Source: an uncultured Planctomycetales bacterium
Lineage (GTDB): Bacteria > Omnitrophota > Gorgyraeia > Zapsychrales > JANLHA01
Reading direction: 5' to 3'
DNA: 64,000 nt
Assembly (NCBI GenBank): GCA_964595465.1
Contig: CAZQQI010000004.1
Span: 30,195-94,194 of the forward strand
The translations under genes were made by a program, and so were the position numbers. Every line of letters begins with the position of its first letter. Position 1 is the first letter of the stretch. Below are positions 42,001 to 54,000 of this stretch, one piece after another. The notes beneath the pieces are model-generated. The model was not told where the DNA came from. It was given only the letters and a program-made list of their open reading frames with translations, and searched no databases.

Positions 42001-45000
42001 AGATATTGATCTGTTCAGCCGTGAGATCTTGTCGATACTTCAGAGGATGCAGACAACGGCCAATTCATATGGCAGCCCGCTTCAGTATACAGTCCGCACT
42101 CCTGATCGGGACCGCCGCAATGTGAAATTACCGGGCATCGATGAGAGCAGTGATTATGAGGGATCACGGTGGTATTACCGGACATCTATCGGCAGGCAGG
42201 TTCTGGAGGCCGCGTTGTCGGCTATTATGGATGCCCAGCAGACGTACCATACAGACTGCACAGCGGCCGGCCAGAAAACCATGGTCACGTCCATTACGAC
42301 CTTTCCGCTGATGAATTCAATTGAGGATGCCCGGGGCGTAAGGCGCATCCTGGATGACATGCGCAAGCGTTATCCGGCGCAGACCGCCCTGCAGAACCTC
42401 GGGTTTATGGTTGAGAATCCGGAAGCGGTCGAGGCGATGCGCGAAATCAGTGAGATTTTAGGAGATGTCCGGGTTATTAATCTGGGCACGAATGATCTGG
42501 AGGCGACAGTTACTCACAGAAATCGGGAATACGGCCGGGGTACACGAAAGCCGCTCTTTAATCGCCGTGTTCTCGAATGGATCATTCAGGCGGCCGCGAC
42601 CGCGCATGAAATGAATGTTCCGCTTTGCCTTTGCGGGGAACTGGCCAATTATGATGAAATGACGCTAATCTTGCTTCACCTGCGCCGGCAGGGATACAAC
42701 ATTTATGGCAGTATTAATCCGGGCCAGGTGGCCTGGCAGAAGCACTTTATCCGGCAGGTCACATACAATGACCTTGATCGGGTTGCTTACCTTTTGGGTC
42801 AGCGGAGTTTAACTGATGAACGGTTCAGCAAACAGATCCGCCTACGTGTTTCGGAAGTTTTAAGCCGGATAAATTTTGATATTCAAAATGACCGTAATAA
42901 TCATCATGGGCAACACGGGCATAGACGGAGAGGTACGGTCTCTGCCCCTGTCCTTTTTGCTTTATTCGCTTTTTCAGCAGTTGTGGTTCTGCCGCTGACT
43001 GTGGCGATACTGCTGGCACTGGGTCTGATGATCGTTGTCAGGACCGCCTATGCGATCAATAAGGTGGCGGCTTCGTTTTATCGCGAATCTTACGATCACC
43101 GCCTTGATGTGGCAGAGGAGCAGAATATCCCGGATCAGCGGCGGCTTACGCATCCGCTTATCCCCGGCGTCCGCTATGCCGATCATTTTGAGTTTCTCCA
43201 AACCGCCCGTCAGTGTCTGAAAAGTATCGAAGATTGTAATATTCAGCTTTATGATGCAATGACAGTATATCAAAGAGAAGAGAAGCTAAGTCGGGATGAA
43301 GAAGAGGATCTCTATTGCCGCATGAATAATCTTCTTGATTCGGCATATGACCATATTATTGCTTTACAGAAAGAACTCCGTATTAGACAGGTGGTTGATC
43401 AGGAAGAGCCTTTTCTGAATGAGCTCAGGAAACTTGAGCTGGATGTCTCGGCCTGGGAAGACATCATTGATGATAAAAACCGCGTCTTGAATACATTGTT
43501 AGATATTCCGGTGTTGAAACCAGCAGAAACAAGCGGGCGGGATGATCTGTATGATGATCAGAATATCCAGGGTGTCCTTGCACAAGCAGGATACTTGATC
43601 GGGTGCGGTCAAATAGAGGGCGCCATCGGCATTTTGTCTACAGCTATTGATCAGGGCCTGCGTGATCCCAGAGTGTATATCACTTTGGGTAATCTTTTTT
43701 ATCAGAGATTTGAAGTTGATGATGCCGTGCATACATATCGGCAGGCGTTGTTTAATGCTGACCAGGATAGTGAATTTTATTATATGATTGTGATCGGTTT
43801 CAGTAGTATCCTGGAGGATCTTGGACGGCTTGACGAGGCTGAGATCGTTATCTGTAGAACGCTGCAAAATCTGAAACGTAATTCTCTGATATGGCTGTCC
43901 TATATTTCTATTCTGCAGCAAAAGGGATGGTATGCCGAAGCTCTGCTGCAGAGTACAATTGCTCTCAAGTTCGTCAGCCCTGTTTATTATCCGGGGATCA
44001 AATCGACGATCTCCGAATTAGCCGATTTGTTAGATGAGAGAGGGCATGGTCAGGATGAAGAAGATCGTTCTGCCGATGGGCGGAAGGTGGAAGACGTTGT
44101 GAGCCTGCTTAAGTCTAAGTGGCTGTATCCGGCTGAGAGAAGGGGCGTAGACGCGGTTTTTGATGTTTATGTCTCTTTGGCGCTGGAGTTGAACAAGGGT
44201 CTGCGTTTTCCGAACCGGATTTTGGTAGTCGATGATCTGGAATGCGGTGCCTGCTGGTATGAGCAGTCCGGTCGGAGAATATTGGTCCTGGATCGGGGCG
44301 TGGCAAATGGTGAGCTGGATCAGGTCTTCCGTCACAGCCTTGAGGGCGAACAGCGGACGCACCGCTGGGTCATTGAGCATGAATTGATCGCCCTGCAGGG
44401 CGGCCTGCGGCATGATCAGGTTAAACAGCTTCAGACGATTTTGGCTGTTTTGCGTTGGTTTAAGAAATATCCTGATGATACTATGCCGGTCGGAACTGTT
44501 CCGGATAATGCCGCAAAAAGAGGGATCCGTATTTCTTTGCCGGAGGTTTATGCGGATTATACTGGTCCGTTGCTGTTGGCACAGATCGGCCAAGACGTTA
44601 TTCTGGCCGCTCCTGCAGATTTTCAACAGGTCCTGCAGGCCGCGGGAGCGCGCAAGCAGACAGCGATCCCGTTTTTGGATCCGGTTAGGCGGAAAATCAT
44701 ACTTCGAACACTGAAGATGCGTGTGCTCAGCGCAGAAGCCGCGGCATATGTCTTGCCTCAACCGCATTATCCTGCGCTGCACCGGATTACAGCAGGAATG
44801 CCCATTCAGCTTCTGGCCCCCGTTCAAGAACGTGACCGTTTGTCAGGGCGGCTCGGTGGTGAAGTGAAAGATTTCGCGGCCGACTCAACTGTTCCACCGG
44901 TCAGGAATACCGGGCATGATTCTTATAACCCGGGACCCGAGTGGGATGAAAAGATATACAGAGCCGTTTTCGCTGTTTCTCTGACAGCCTGTCTGGCTGT

Positions 45001-48000
45001 GGGTCTGGTGTTTCTGACAGGGCAGGCGATTTTACCGGCAGGAGTTTTTGCCGGTATCATTCTGGCATATACAGCGGTGAAGGCCTGGCAGAAACATAGT
45101 TATGTTTGGCGTATTCGACGGATCCGAAAGAGCGCCATGCATGCCCGCACCAAAGAAGTATATAGTTTTACCTCGCTGCTGAACCGCGATGTTCTTAAAC
45201 GGGAACTTACAGCAGACGATATAACGAACTTGCTTTCTGTACAGGGACGAAGTTTGCGTATCGCTTCTATCTCCCGTGAGATCGCGCATGAGATCGGGCT
45301 GAACCCGAGGAGAACGGAATTCATTGCCTTGACTTATAATTTAAGTGACATTCCTTTTCGCAGCCTTTGTTTATCACAGGAGCGTGAATTGGGGCGGCGT
45401 ATTGCGCACAGCGGATTCGATCTTAAAGAACAAAATATTCGATTGCTGCGCGATGCCGGGATATGGCTCAGTCGTCAGGATATTGATGATAATCTGAATT
45501 TGGATATCGATGGAGATGTCAGCGTCCTGAGTGACGAGGCCAGGCTGGTGCTGGCTGTGCTGAGTGTCCTGGAAGCGGAAGAGGACATTCTGCTGGGTTT
45601 GCGTTTGGGGATTATCCGCCCGGCGGACATCCCGCTGCCGCTGCAGCAGAAGATGAACACGGTCTTTAATGATCCGGACCTGGAACAGTGTCAGCTGAAA
45701 ATCTATCAATATGTTCTGCAGGACTTTCAAGGTCTCTCACGGCGTATTGTCCGGCACATATTATCGGCTCGACAGCATCACTTTTCCCGGGGGTCTGTAG
45801 ACCAAATGCTGGCACAGGCACGTTTCATAAAGAAAAAGTTTCGTGAGACATTTATTATTCCGGCCTTATTTAACAGCCCACAGGCCAAGAAAAACATACC
45901 AAAATTATATGCCTACCGTGTGCGTCTGGTCAATGTTCTGTTTCAGCGCTGGGCCCTGGATTATCCGCATAAGCATCCTGCCCTTATGAATGATGTGGAA
46001 AAGAATGAAGGGATGCGCTGGGTTTTGTGGCAGATGATAAAAATCCCGCCGCGCGCATTGAAAGGATTTGCTATTACGGCTCAACCCATTTCAGATGGTG
46101 AAAAGATCATCAGTGAACGCGGGCTTCTTGATCTCGAAAGTGAAATAACACAGGGAAGGCCTTCTTCCATACGCGATGTGTGGCAGACAGCAAGCCAGAT
46201 GAACCCTGGCCTCGAGCAAAAGATCGTTCAGGCTTTGTTGGAACGTATTGCCAGGTTAAATGGAAGCAGCGAAGAATTGGGGCAGTTGTTGGCGCAGTTG
46301 CAAGAAAATTCTATGATGAGAGATGCGGATGCTGAAGAGGATCAATCCACTCGGCTCACTGCCAGAGGCGGGACGATTATCTTTGCGCTGATGGTGTTCT
46401 CTGAGGCCGGCCAGTGGCTGCCGTCTCTGGATGTGTTCAAATATAGAGCGATCATTACAGCAGCATGTGCGTTCATGGTTTTGATATATGTAACGAAAAT
46501 CCTGGTTCAAGTCAGAGCCATAGTCCACAAAAACAGAACGATACAACAAGGAGGGGCATCATGGATTCCTTATGGGAGAAACTCGAAGTTCAACGCACGG
46601 TCCGTTCGGACATCGGCACCTTCGTCTCGGTCAGCTATCCCGGCTGGGCCAGCGACTACGCCGTTCTCTTCCAGGATGACGGACGGGTCCGCGGCCGCAC
46701 CAGTGAAGGCGGATGGGTCGAACTCAGTCATACCGCGGCCGACGTATTTCGCCGCAAATGGCAGCGGTTCGATCGATCAACTGGGGGCCGGTAAAGACCA
46801 TTCTGTCCGCGCTCCCCCAGCGTTCAAAGCAAAACACTATACCCGCCGACCGGCAGTATTTTACAGTCTTTCTTTATTCTTGATTCCGAGTTTTCATGTT
46901 CCCTTAGCAATATCAGCGAAGTTTTTTCCGCTTGCTGATGTGATGGTTATCGCATTTTCTCTTATGCTTATCGCCAGCCTGTTCTGGCGTATCGCGTTTA
47001 ATGATCGTCCCGGCAGATTTCTTCACGATCACGGGGTCATGCTGAAACGTGAACGCCGCAGGCAGAACGCGCACGAGATCAATATCAGGCTGGAGAAGAT
47101 TCGCGAGCTTATGCGTGCCGAAGATTATGAGACAGCCGTTAGCGCGTTGGGAAAAATGGTCTTTGATGAGTGTCCAGATAACGCGCGGCCGTATCTTATG
47201 GCAGCTGAATGCTGGCGCTGCCTTGGTGAAAAAGATAATGCTGTCGAAGCCTTGAATGTTGGGTTGGAGAGCATGACTCCGCAGGGCGCCGGCTACGGCA
47301 TGCTGCTTTTCTGTTTGGGTGATCTGCTGCGCGATCAGGGACGCTTAGATGAAGCCGTGGAAAAGTATGCTGAGGCGGATAAGTATTTCTGGCAAAACGG
47401 AAAATTAGCCCTCGCGGCGGCGCGTGTAGAGGTTCAGCTAAAAAATTATGATATTGCGGAAATTCATTACGAACTGGCGGTGAACCGGTTATCCGGGGCA
47501 TTAAAAGAAACAGCCAAACAAGAGAAGAGAACGCTTAGGAAAAAAATAGAGCGAGAAAAACAGAGTATTGTTAAAGAAAAACAAAACCGCAAATATCAGC
47601 AGTTGCTGAGCCGCGCGCAGAAGATTAAAAGATATCATCCGGAAAAGGCGATCCAATTGCTATTTTCTGCGATGGGCGTTAAGCCCAAAGGTACGGAAGC
47701 ATACGTTAGAGCCGCCGAGATCTACGTCGAGCATAAGCGACATGATCGCGCCCTTGAGCTTCTGAAAGACGGGCTGCAGACGTTTCCGCAAGGCAAGCCG
47801 AGCCACAACAAGATCATGGTCCTGATGGCCCGGATATTTACCGCTCAATATTATGACCAGCGTGAACAAGGGTATGACGGCGATCCGCAGGTCGTTATTC
47901 AAGCCTTGGAAGTGGCGCTGAGCAAAGATTTTTATAATTTCGAATTGCATATGGACCTTATCGGAATGCTGTATGAAGCAGAAGAGTATGAACGCGCGCA

Positions 48001-51000
48001 GCAGGAATTATGTTCGATCCAAGGTTGGTGTAATGCCTCGGAAGAGAAAGAACGCTGGCAGCACGCCTTCAGTGAGATCCGCGGAAAGATCGGCCGCAGT
48101 AGAAATTCCAGCGAGGGGGATTATTCCGCTGACGGTGTGATCACCACGCGCAAAGACGCTGACGCCGAGATCAGGCGTGCGCTTGAGCTGCCGGAAAATC
48201 AAGATCACAAAGTCTTAGGAGAAGATCATGAGCCGGTCAGATTAGCGCGCAGATTTTTCTTCTGGGACAACACCCAGAAGAACTATATGTTTCTATCGGC
48301 TCTGATCGCTAAAGAGTTAAACAAGGTGCGCATTGAAGCCCATGTCCTTTCCGGACTAAAGGTGAGGGGGGTGTGGCAGTACAAGCAAGAAGGTGATCAA
48401 CGGGTGCTGAAGATCTTTATACGTGAAGGTGAGAAGCGGGGACGGGTTATTGTCCATGAAGTTGCAGCGGCCCTAAGCGCGCAAAAGCAGGGGTTTGCGA
48501 CGGCACACGCAACAAACAAAAATATTGAAGAATTATATATGCTGTTTGTTAGAGGGGCTGGTCAGATTGAACATGAGGTGGTTGGTCCACCGAAATTCCT
48601 GAGAACCGGCAAAGATTTTGCGGCAGATAAGACGAAAGGTGCCGGCCGCACAATACCGGCGATTTTCCTGCGCGTTAACCCCAGCGGCAAGAGCAGACGA
48701 TTCACCCCGGAAGATGTCCCGAATTATAGCTATCATAAAGATAACCGCCGTATCGTATTCCCGGAACCGATGCCGTCTGTGCATGATCCCCGTCAGGCCG
48801 TCATGCTGAAGGGAGAGGGCTGGTTTTCGGTGCTGATGACGTGCGGGGAGGCGCTGCGCGATCCGCGCCCTTGCTGTGGAGGGCTGAAGTATGAAGAAGT
48901 TGAAAAAGAGCGCTGCAAGGAGCGTGAAGGCGAACTGATCGACGAGGTTAAGAACCTGGCGGCCAATGAGGATCGGACCTGTGCGTTATGGAATACATAT
49001 GCCCGGGGCGGGGCCTGTGTTCTTTGCTCGGATCAAAGCCGCAATAAGGACGATATTCTTAGGGAATGGGTCTATGCGATGATGTTTTTAGAGCTTTTGG
49101 GGTGGAAGTATATTGTGCTGCCGGATCTGAACACGACGCAGGAGGACATGGACTTCATTAATGATATTGCCTTTGGAGTGGCCGTAAGAAACTATCTGCA
49201 GAAAGAGCAGCGGCTATCTGAAGATGATCGTCGTGAATTGACAGCTATTTTGGAGAGTTCAGCACTTGACCGATGGACCCGCTTGACAGCAGAACAGCGG
49301 TTCCGGATCGGCATGGCCCTTCCGGCAGCGGGCGGCAAGGCGCATTCCGGCGGGGTGCCGGTCTATGATTGGGATCTCTACGGAGAAGGATTTGTCCCGC
49401 AAATTGAATGGATGCTGGCTGAGCGAAGACGGGAAGGCCCCGTAAAGGTTTTGGTTTACGGCACCAACGGGAAGGCCCGTTCGATTATACGTACATTGAT
49501 CGACAAGTTTTCTCCCAAGGAGGTCATCCTTGTGGGCTGGGGGGATCAACAGAATGGGATTTATTACAACGCGGGGCTTGACCGCCATGACCTTCTACTG
49601 ATGGTTCGAGCTTTTAAAGAGCACGCCGGAGACATGAGTTTGGCACAGTATCGAAGTAAGATGGTTTTTTATTCGACACTTGGGGGGAAAGCGTTCCTTA
49701 AGCAGTTTGCCGACTTGGTTATTTTGGCTGAAGAGGCGAGGGAAATATTTCAGGGAGACTTATCGGATTATACTGGAAAGCAGTTTGTTGAAGGGGCCGC
49801 GAGGATTTTAGGCAGGTCTCAGCGTGACCGACTATCCGAAGCCAGCCTCAGCTATTGTTCATCGGTTTGGGTGCGGGGAGGGATCCATGTTGCTTTCCGT
49901 GAACAACTCCTGCATACTCTCATTCCGTCATTGAGTAAAAACTTTGACGCTAAGATGTGGCGTATGCATCTGATCGCGGATATTTTCTCGACTGCAGAAG
50001 CATTGCAGGGAGAATTACGTCAAACATGCTGGAAAGACCAGAATTTTAAACCCTGGCAGATCGCGCGGAGACTTGCCAAGGCGATCCGTGAAACCGAACA
50101 GATGGGCTTTTCTAGCGGAGAAGCGGTTAAGGAAGATGTGGATTTTGTGCGCCGCATGGATCAAGACAGCCCCTGGAAACAGCGTATGGGAGGCTTAACC
50201 GGTTTTTCTGAGGACGCCTACGATAAGGTTTTTTATGGCCGGGAAGGATTGCCCAAAGCGAAAGATCACGAGGGAGAGCAGGATCCGTTACAGGAAGCGA
50301 CGGAATATCTTTTTAAAGATGATCCCAGATGGCAAAGGGTCGGGGCGTATCATGCCAGCCGTTTGTCACAGCGCATAAATCCGGCGCAATATGATATTCA
50401 CTGGCTGATCATCCTTTCCCGTCTGCAGACGCTCCTGGCTGACCGCCAGGGAGAAGCACGCGCGCGCTCTTTGGCCGCAAAAGCCCTGGGAGTATTGTAC
50501 CGTCCTTTAGCAGATGCCGGCATCGATACGTCGACGTTAGACGGCATCATTAAAATCCTTCGGGGAGTTCTTGACAGCCGGCATATAGAAGTGGTTTTGA
50601 TGGCCGTATGGGCGATCGCAACAGCCGGGATCGATCCGGCGGGCTTGCTGAAAGAGACGGCGAACCAAAAACAAAATCTTCACCAGCAGATCAAAGAGGC
50701 TGAAGAGGCCATCGCTGCCGCCCCTGACCCCACTATGTATTATACTGCCGCAGCCTCTTTGCGCTACGAACGAGCGACGATCTATTTTCTCATGGATCGG
50801 AAGATCGAGGCGATCGAAGATTTTAAAAAAGCTCAGCAGCACTACGAACATGCTCAGTATGAAGGCGGCCAGCTGCCATTTCGTTTGATCTTGCAGCTGG
50901 CCCGCTGTTATGAGTGGCTGGCCGTAGAACAAGACAGGAATGAGACGGTGGCCGGAGTATCGGATGAAGCCATGGAGCATGCCGTTGAACAATATCTTAA

Positions 51001-54000
51001 TCTGGCAGATTACAATTATATGGCCAAGTTGATGGAGAAGACCCCGAGCATTTTGAATACCCATTTTGAAAGCTATCGTCTGTGGGCCCTGGAGGCGCTT
51101 TTAAATGTGTACCGCCCGTTTTGTCAGCATGCCAACACTATTTTGGCTGATGAATTGAATCAGGAACTCCATGCTGAAAAATGGAAAGAGCTTATTCCCC
51201 TGTCTCTGGGTTCCCCTCCGTCAGGGGCAGGCGGATTTGAGGAGTTTGTTCAGAGCTTGAATCCTGTAATCTTTGAACTGGAGTGCGCGTTTACCAATTA
51301 TTATGTTCCGTATTTGCCGCTGTTGTTTTTCTTTACCAAGGATATTATTCCGGTTGATTCGTTCCCTGAGGCCCATAGGGTCATTAAAAATATTCTGATC
51401 CACCGTCCCCTGACTGATCAGGAAGGACATCCCTTGAATCCAGAAACCGTGCGTTCTCGGCTCAGAAATGGAGGGCATTATCTTAAAAGGTTGAAGAATC
51501 GGCATGAGCGGAAGGTCCTGGAAGATCTTCTTGAGCGCTTGAATGTTATTGATACACGCAGGATGGGGAAAAGGGCGATGCCCCAGGACAGTGATGACCG
51601 CAAACCGGCAGAAGAGGGTCCGCCATTCTCAGGTCATGCCTATCCGGCATCCGTTGAAGATGATGCAGGGCGGTTAAGTTTGCGGCCGGCATCATCTGAG
51701 GAACGGGAACGTCTTATGGTCCTTCTAGGCGGTGAACATGCTTTTGTCGAGAGAGGGGCGGTGCCGGATGATATTGAAATGTTTATTGTGGATCATTTGA
51801 AGAAGGTTGCTGTGGCGAGCGGGCATAAGCTTTATATCAATGCCAGGATTTTATCAGCGGATGATGAGGATCTTCGGCCGTTTTTCCAGGGGCATGAATT
51901 TTTCCATCTGGTATATCCGCATCTTTCGGAAGATATGGTGCAGGGATATTCGTTGTTTTATTTGCTGGCTAATGAATTACTATACGATCATTTGAACTAT
52001 CTTGAGACGAATAAACACGGCATTAAAGGGAACTCATCATGGCTTAGAATTCTTCGACCCCATATTCATATCGCTCCCCGGGAATCTTTGACGAGCAGGG
52101 AGCCGGTTAAGCTTGACGAAATTGGATTATGCATTCCTGCTCATTGGGACGACCGCGTCGTTTTGATGTCCCTGAGTTTTCTGATGGCGCATAATTTCAA
52201 AAGAGAAACAGCTTTGATCCTGCAATTGATAGAGGAAGGATCGATTTTATGGGATGGTTTCGACAAAAAGACTATACGCAAACATTATGATCCGCTGACC
52301 GGACGGGTATATATCCTTTTGCCTAAGCTCCGCAGGGCTAGTACGTCCGAGCAGATGATTTCCTTAATGGGGAGCTTTATTGCGGTCATTGGTCAAGAGG
52401 CCTATCAGCAGGAACATAATCCTCAGGGCATGACCAAGTGTTTGGAGAGCGAAGGGAGTTTGGACGTTGCGGGATTAGAAGTGAATCGTCTGACACAAGA
52501 TCGTCCCTTGTTCGGTCCGCGGGAGGGCGTCTGGTGGGAGACGGAAGGCGCGTTCAATCCAACGGCGTTTTTGGTCGGAAAAACTGTGTATATGATCTAT
52601 CGGGCGCAGGGAGATGATCATCGTTCGCGTTTCGGATTGGCCCTCGCTGAGTTAGATGATCAGAACACTTTGGATGTAGACAATATCATCCGTTTTTCTG
52701 AACCAATCCTCTCTCCGCTAGAGGGTAATTTCGATACGCTGGCCTGTGAAGACCCTCGTGTTGATATTGTGGATGATCAGGTGGTGATCTCATATGCCGG
52801 TGTCAAGCTGGCGCCGCGGGAACATCTCTGGTTTGAGATGCATTTTGATAAAGACCCCGCCGGGGCGACCCTGCGTTTGCTTAATCTGATCAAAGACAAG
52901 CCGGACGATGCCGTTATCGCTCAGGCCGGCATGGCGGTCATGTCTTTGGAGATGTTTTTGCGAAAAACCGAAGAGCGTCTTGCGGGCTGTGAGGAAGCAG
53001 TATTTGAGTGGGAGCGGTTTCTGGTTAATGAGGAACGGGATACGGAATACAATAAGGATGATCCCGTCTTTCGTGACGGCCAGGGCCGGTTATGGATGCT
53101 GGACCGCCCTGTCCGCACCGATGAGCATGATCTGCCGCGTCACTGTATCCGCTTTCGCCGTTCCGACGGGGATATCCACGGCCCGTGGCGCAAACTCCCG
53201 ATCTACATCGCGCCGAGGGATAAGAATGTTTTTGGCGGGCCGTATCAGGAAGGGTGGGTCGGAGCCGGGACAAATCTGGTTGAACTATCCTGCGGTCTGC
53301 TGATGTTTTATCATTCGGCTATTTTGGATCCCAAGATGGAGCACCCCGGTCATCGCTCATATTATGGACATATGATGATCCTGGACAAGTATGATCCGAC
53401 CCGTATCCTCTGGCGCTCAGAGGAGCCGATTATTATACCGGAGATGGATTGGGAAAAAGACGGCCTCAAAGGCGATTTGGATCATGTTTTTCCTGAAGGA
53501 TTGATCAAACTCAGTGAAGACGAGCGATCTGATGGGGGTCATCATGTCCGCCTTCTCATGCTGTACGGAGCGAAAGATTTTTATTCCGCCGCTGCGGAGG
53601 TCGAATTTGACATTGATGGGCCAAATATGTTCAAGGATCAGAGGAGTGCGAAAAAGACCAATCAGCGGTCAGGCAAGACTCGTATCGAGGTTCCCTTTGC
53701 GCTGGTCGCCCTCTCAGTTGTCGCAGGGGTATTCGTAGGAATCTATGCTTATATAGCAAAAGATGTCAATATTTTTGCCGGTTTCGCTGCGGCCTTGATC
53801 GGCATTGTCGCTTTTCTGGGAGGCTTGATCCCATTATGGCTGGCAGTATGGATATTACGGAAAATCCCGGCCTTTCTGCAAAAACGCCGTATGAGAAAAG
53901 ATTGGGAGCAGAAACAGTACCAGGCGAAGAAACCGAAAGTTGTTGCCCGGCTCAAGCAATTACAGAAAAAAGTCGATCGTTATGTGCGCCGGGATCATCT

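Noticed and set aside
46465-46560. Upstream start assigned by the ORF track for nested gene B
   Set aside because: The SD sits before ATG 46561, and homology with protein A begins there
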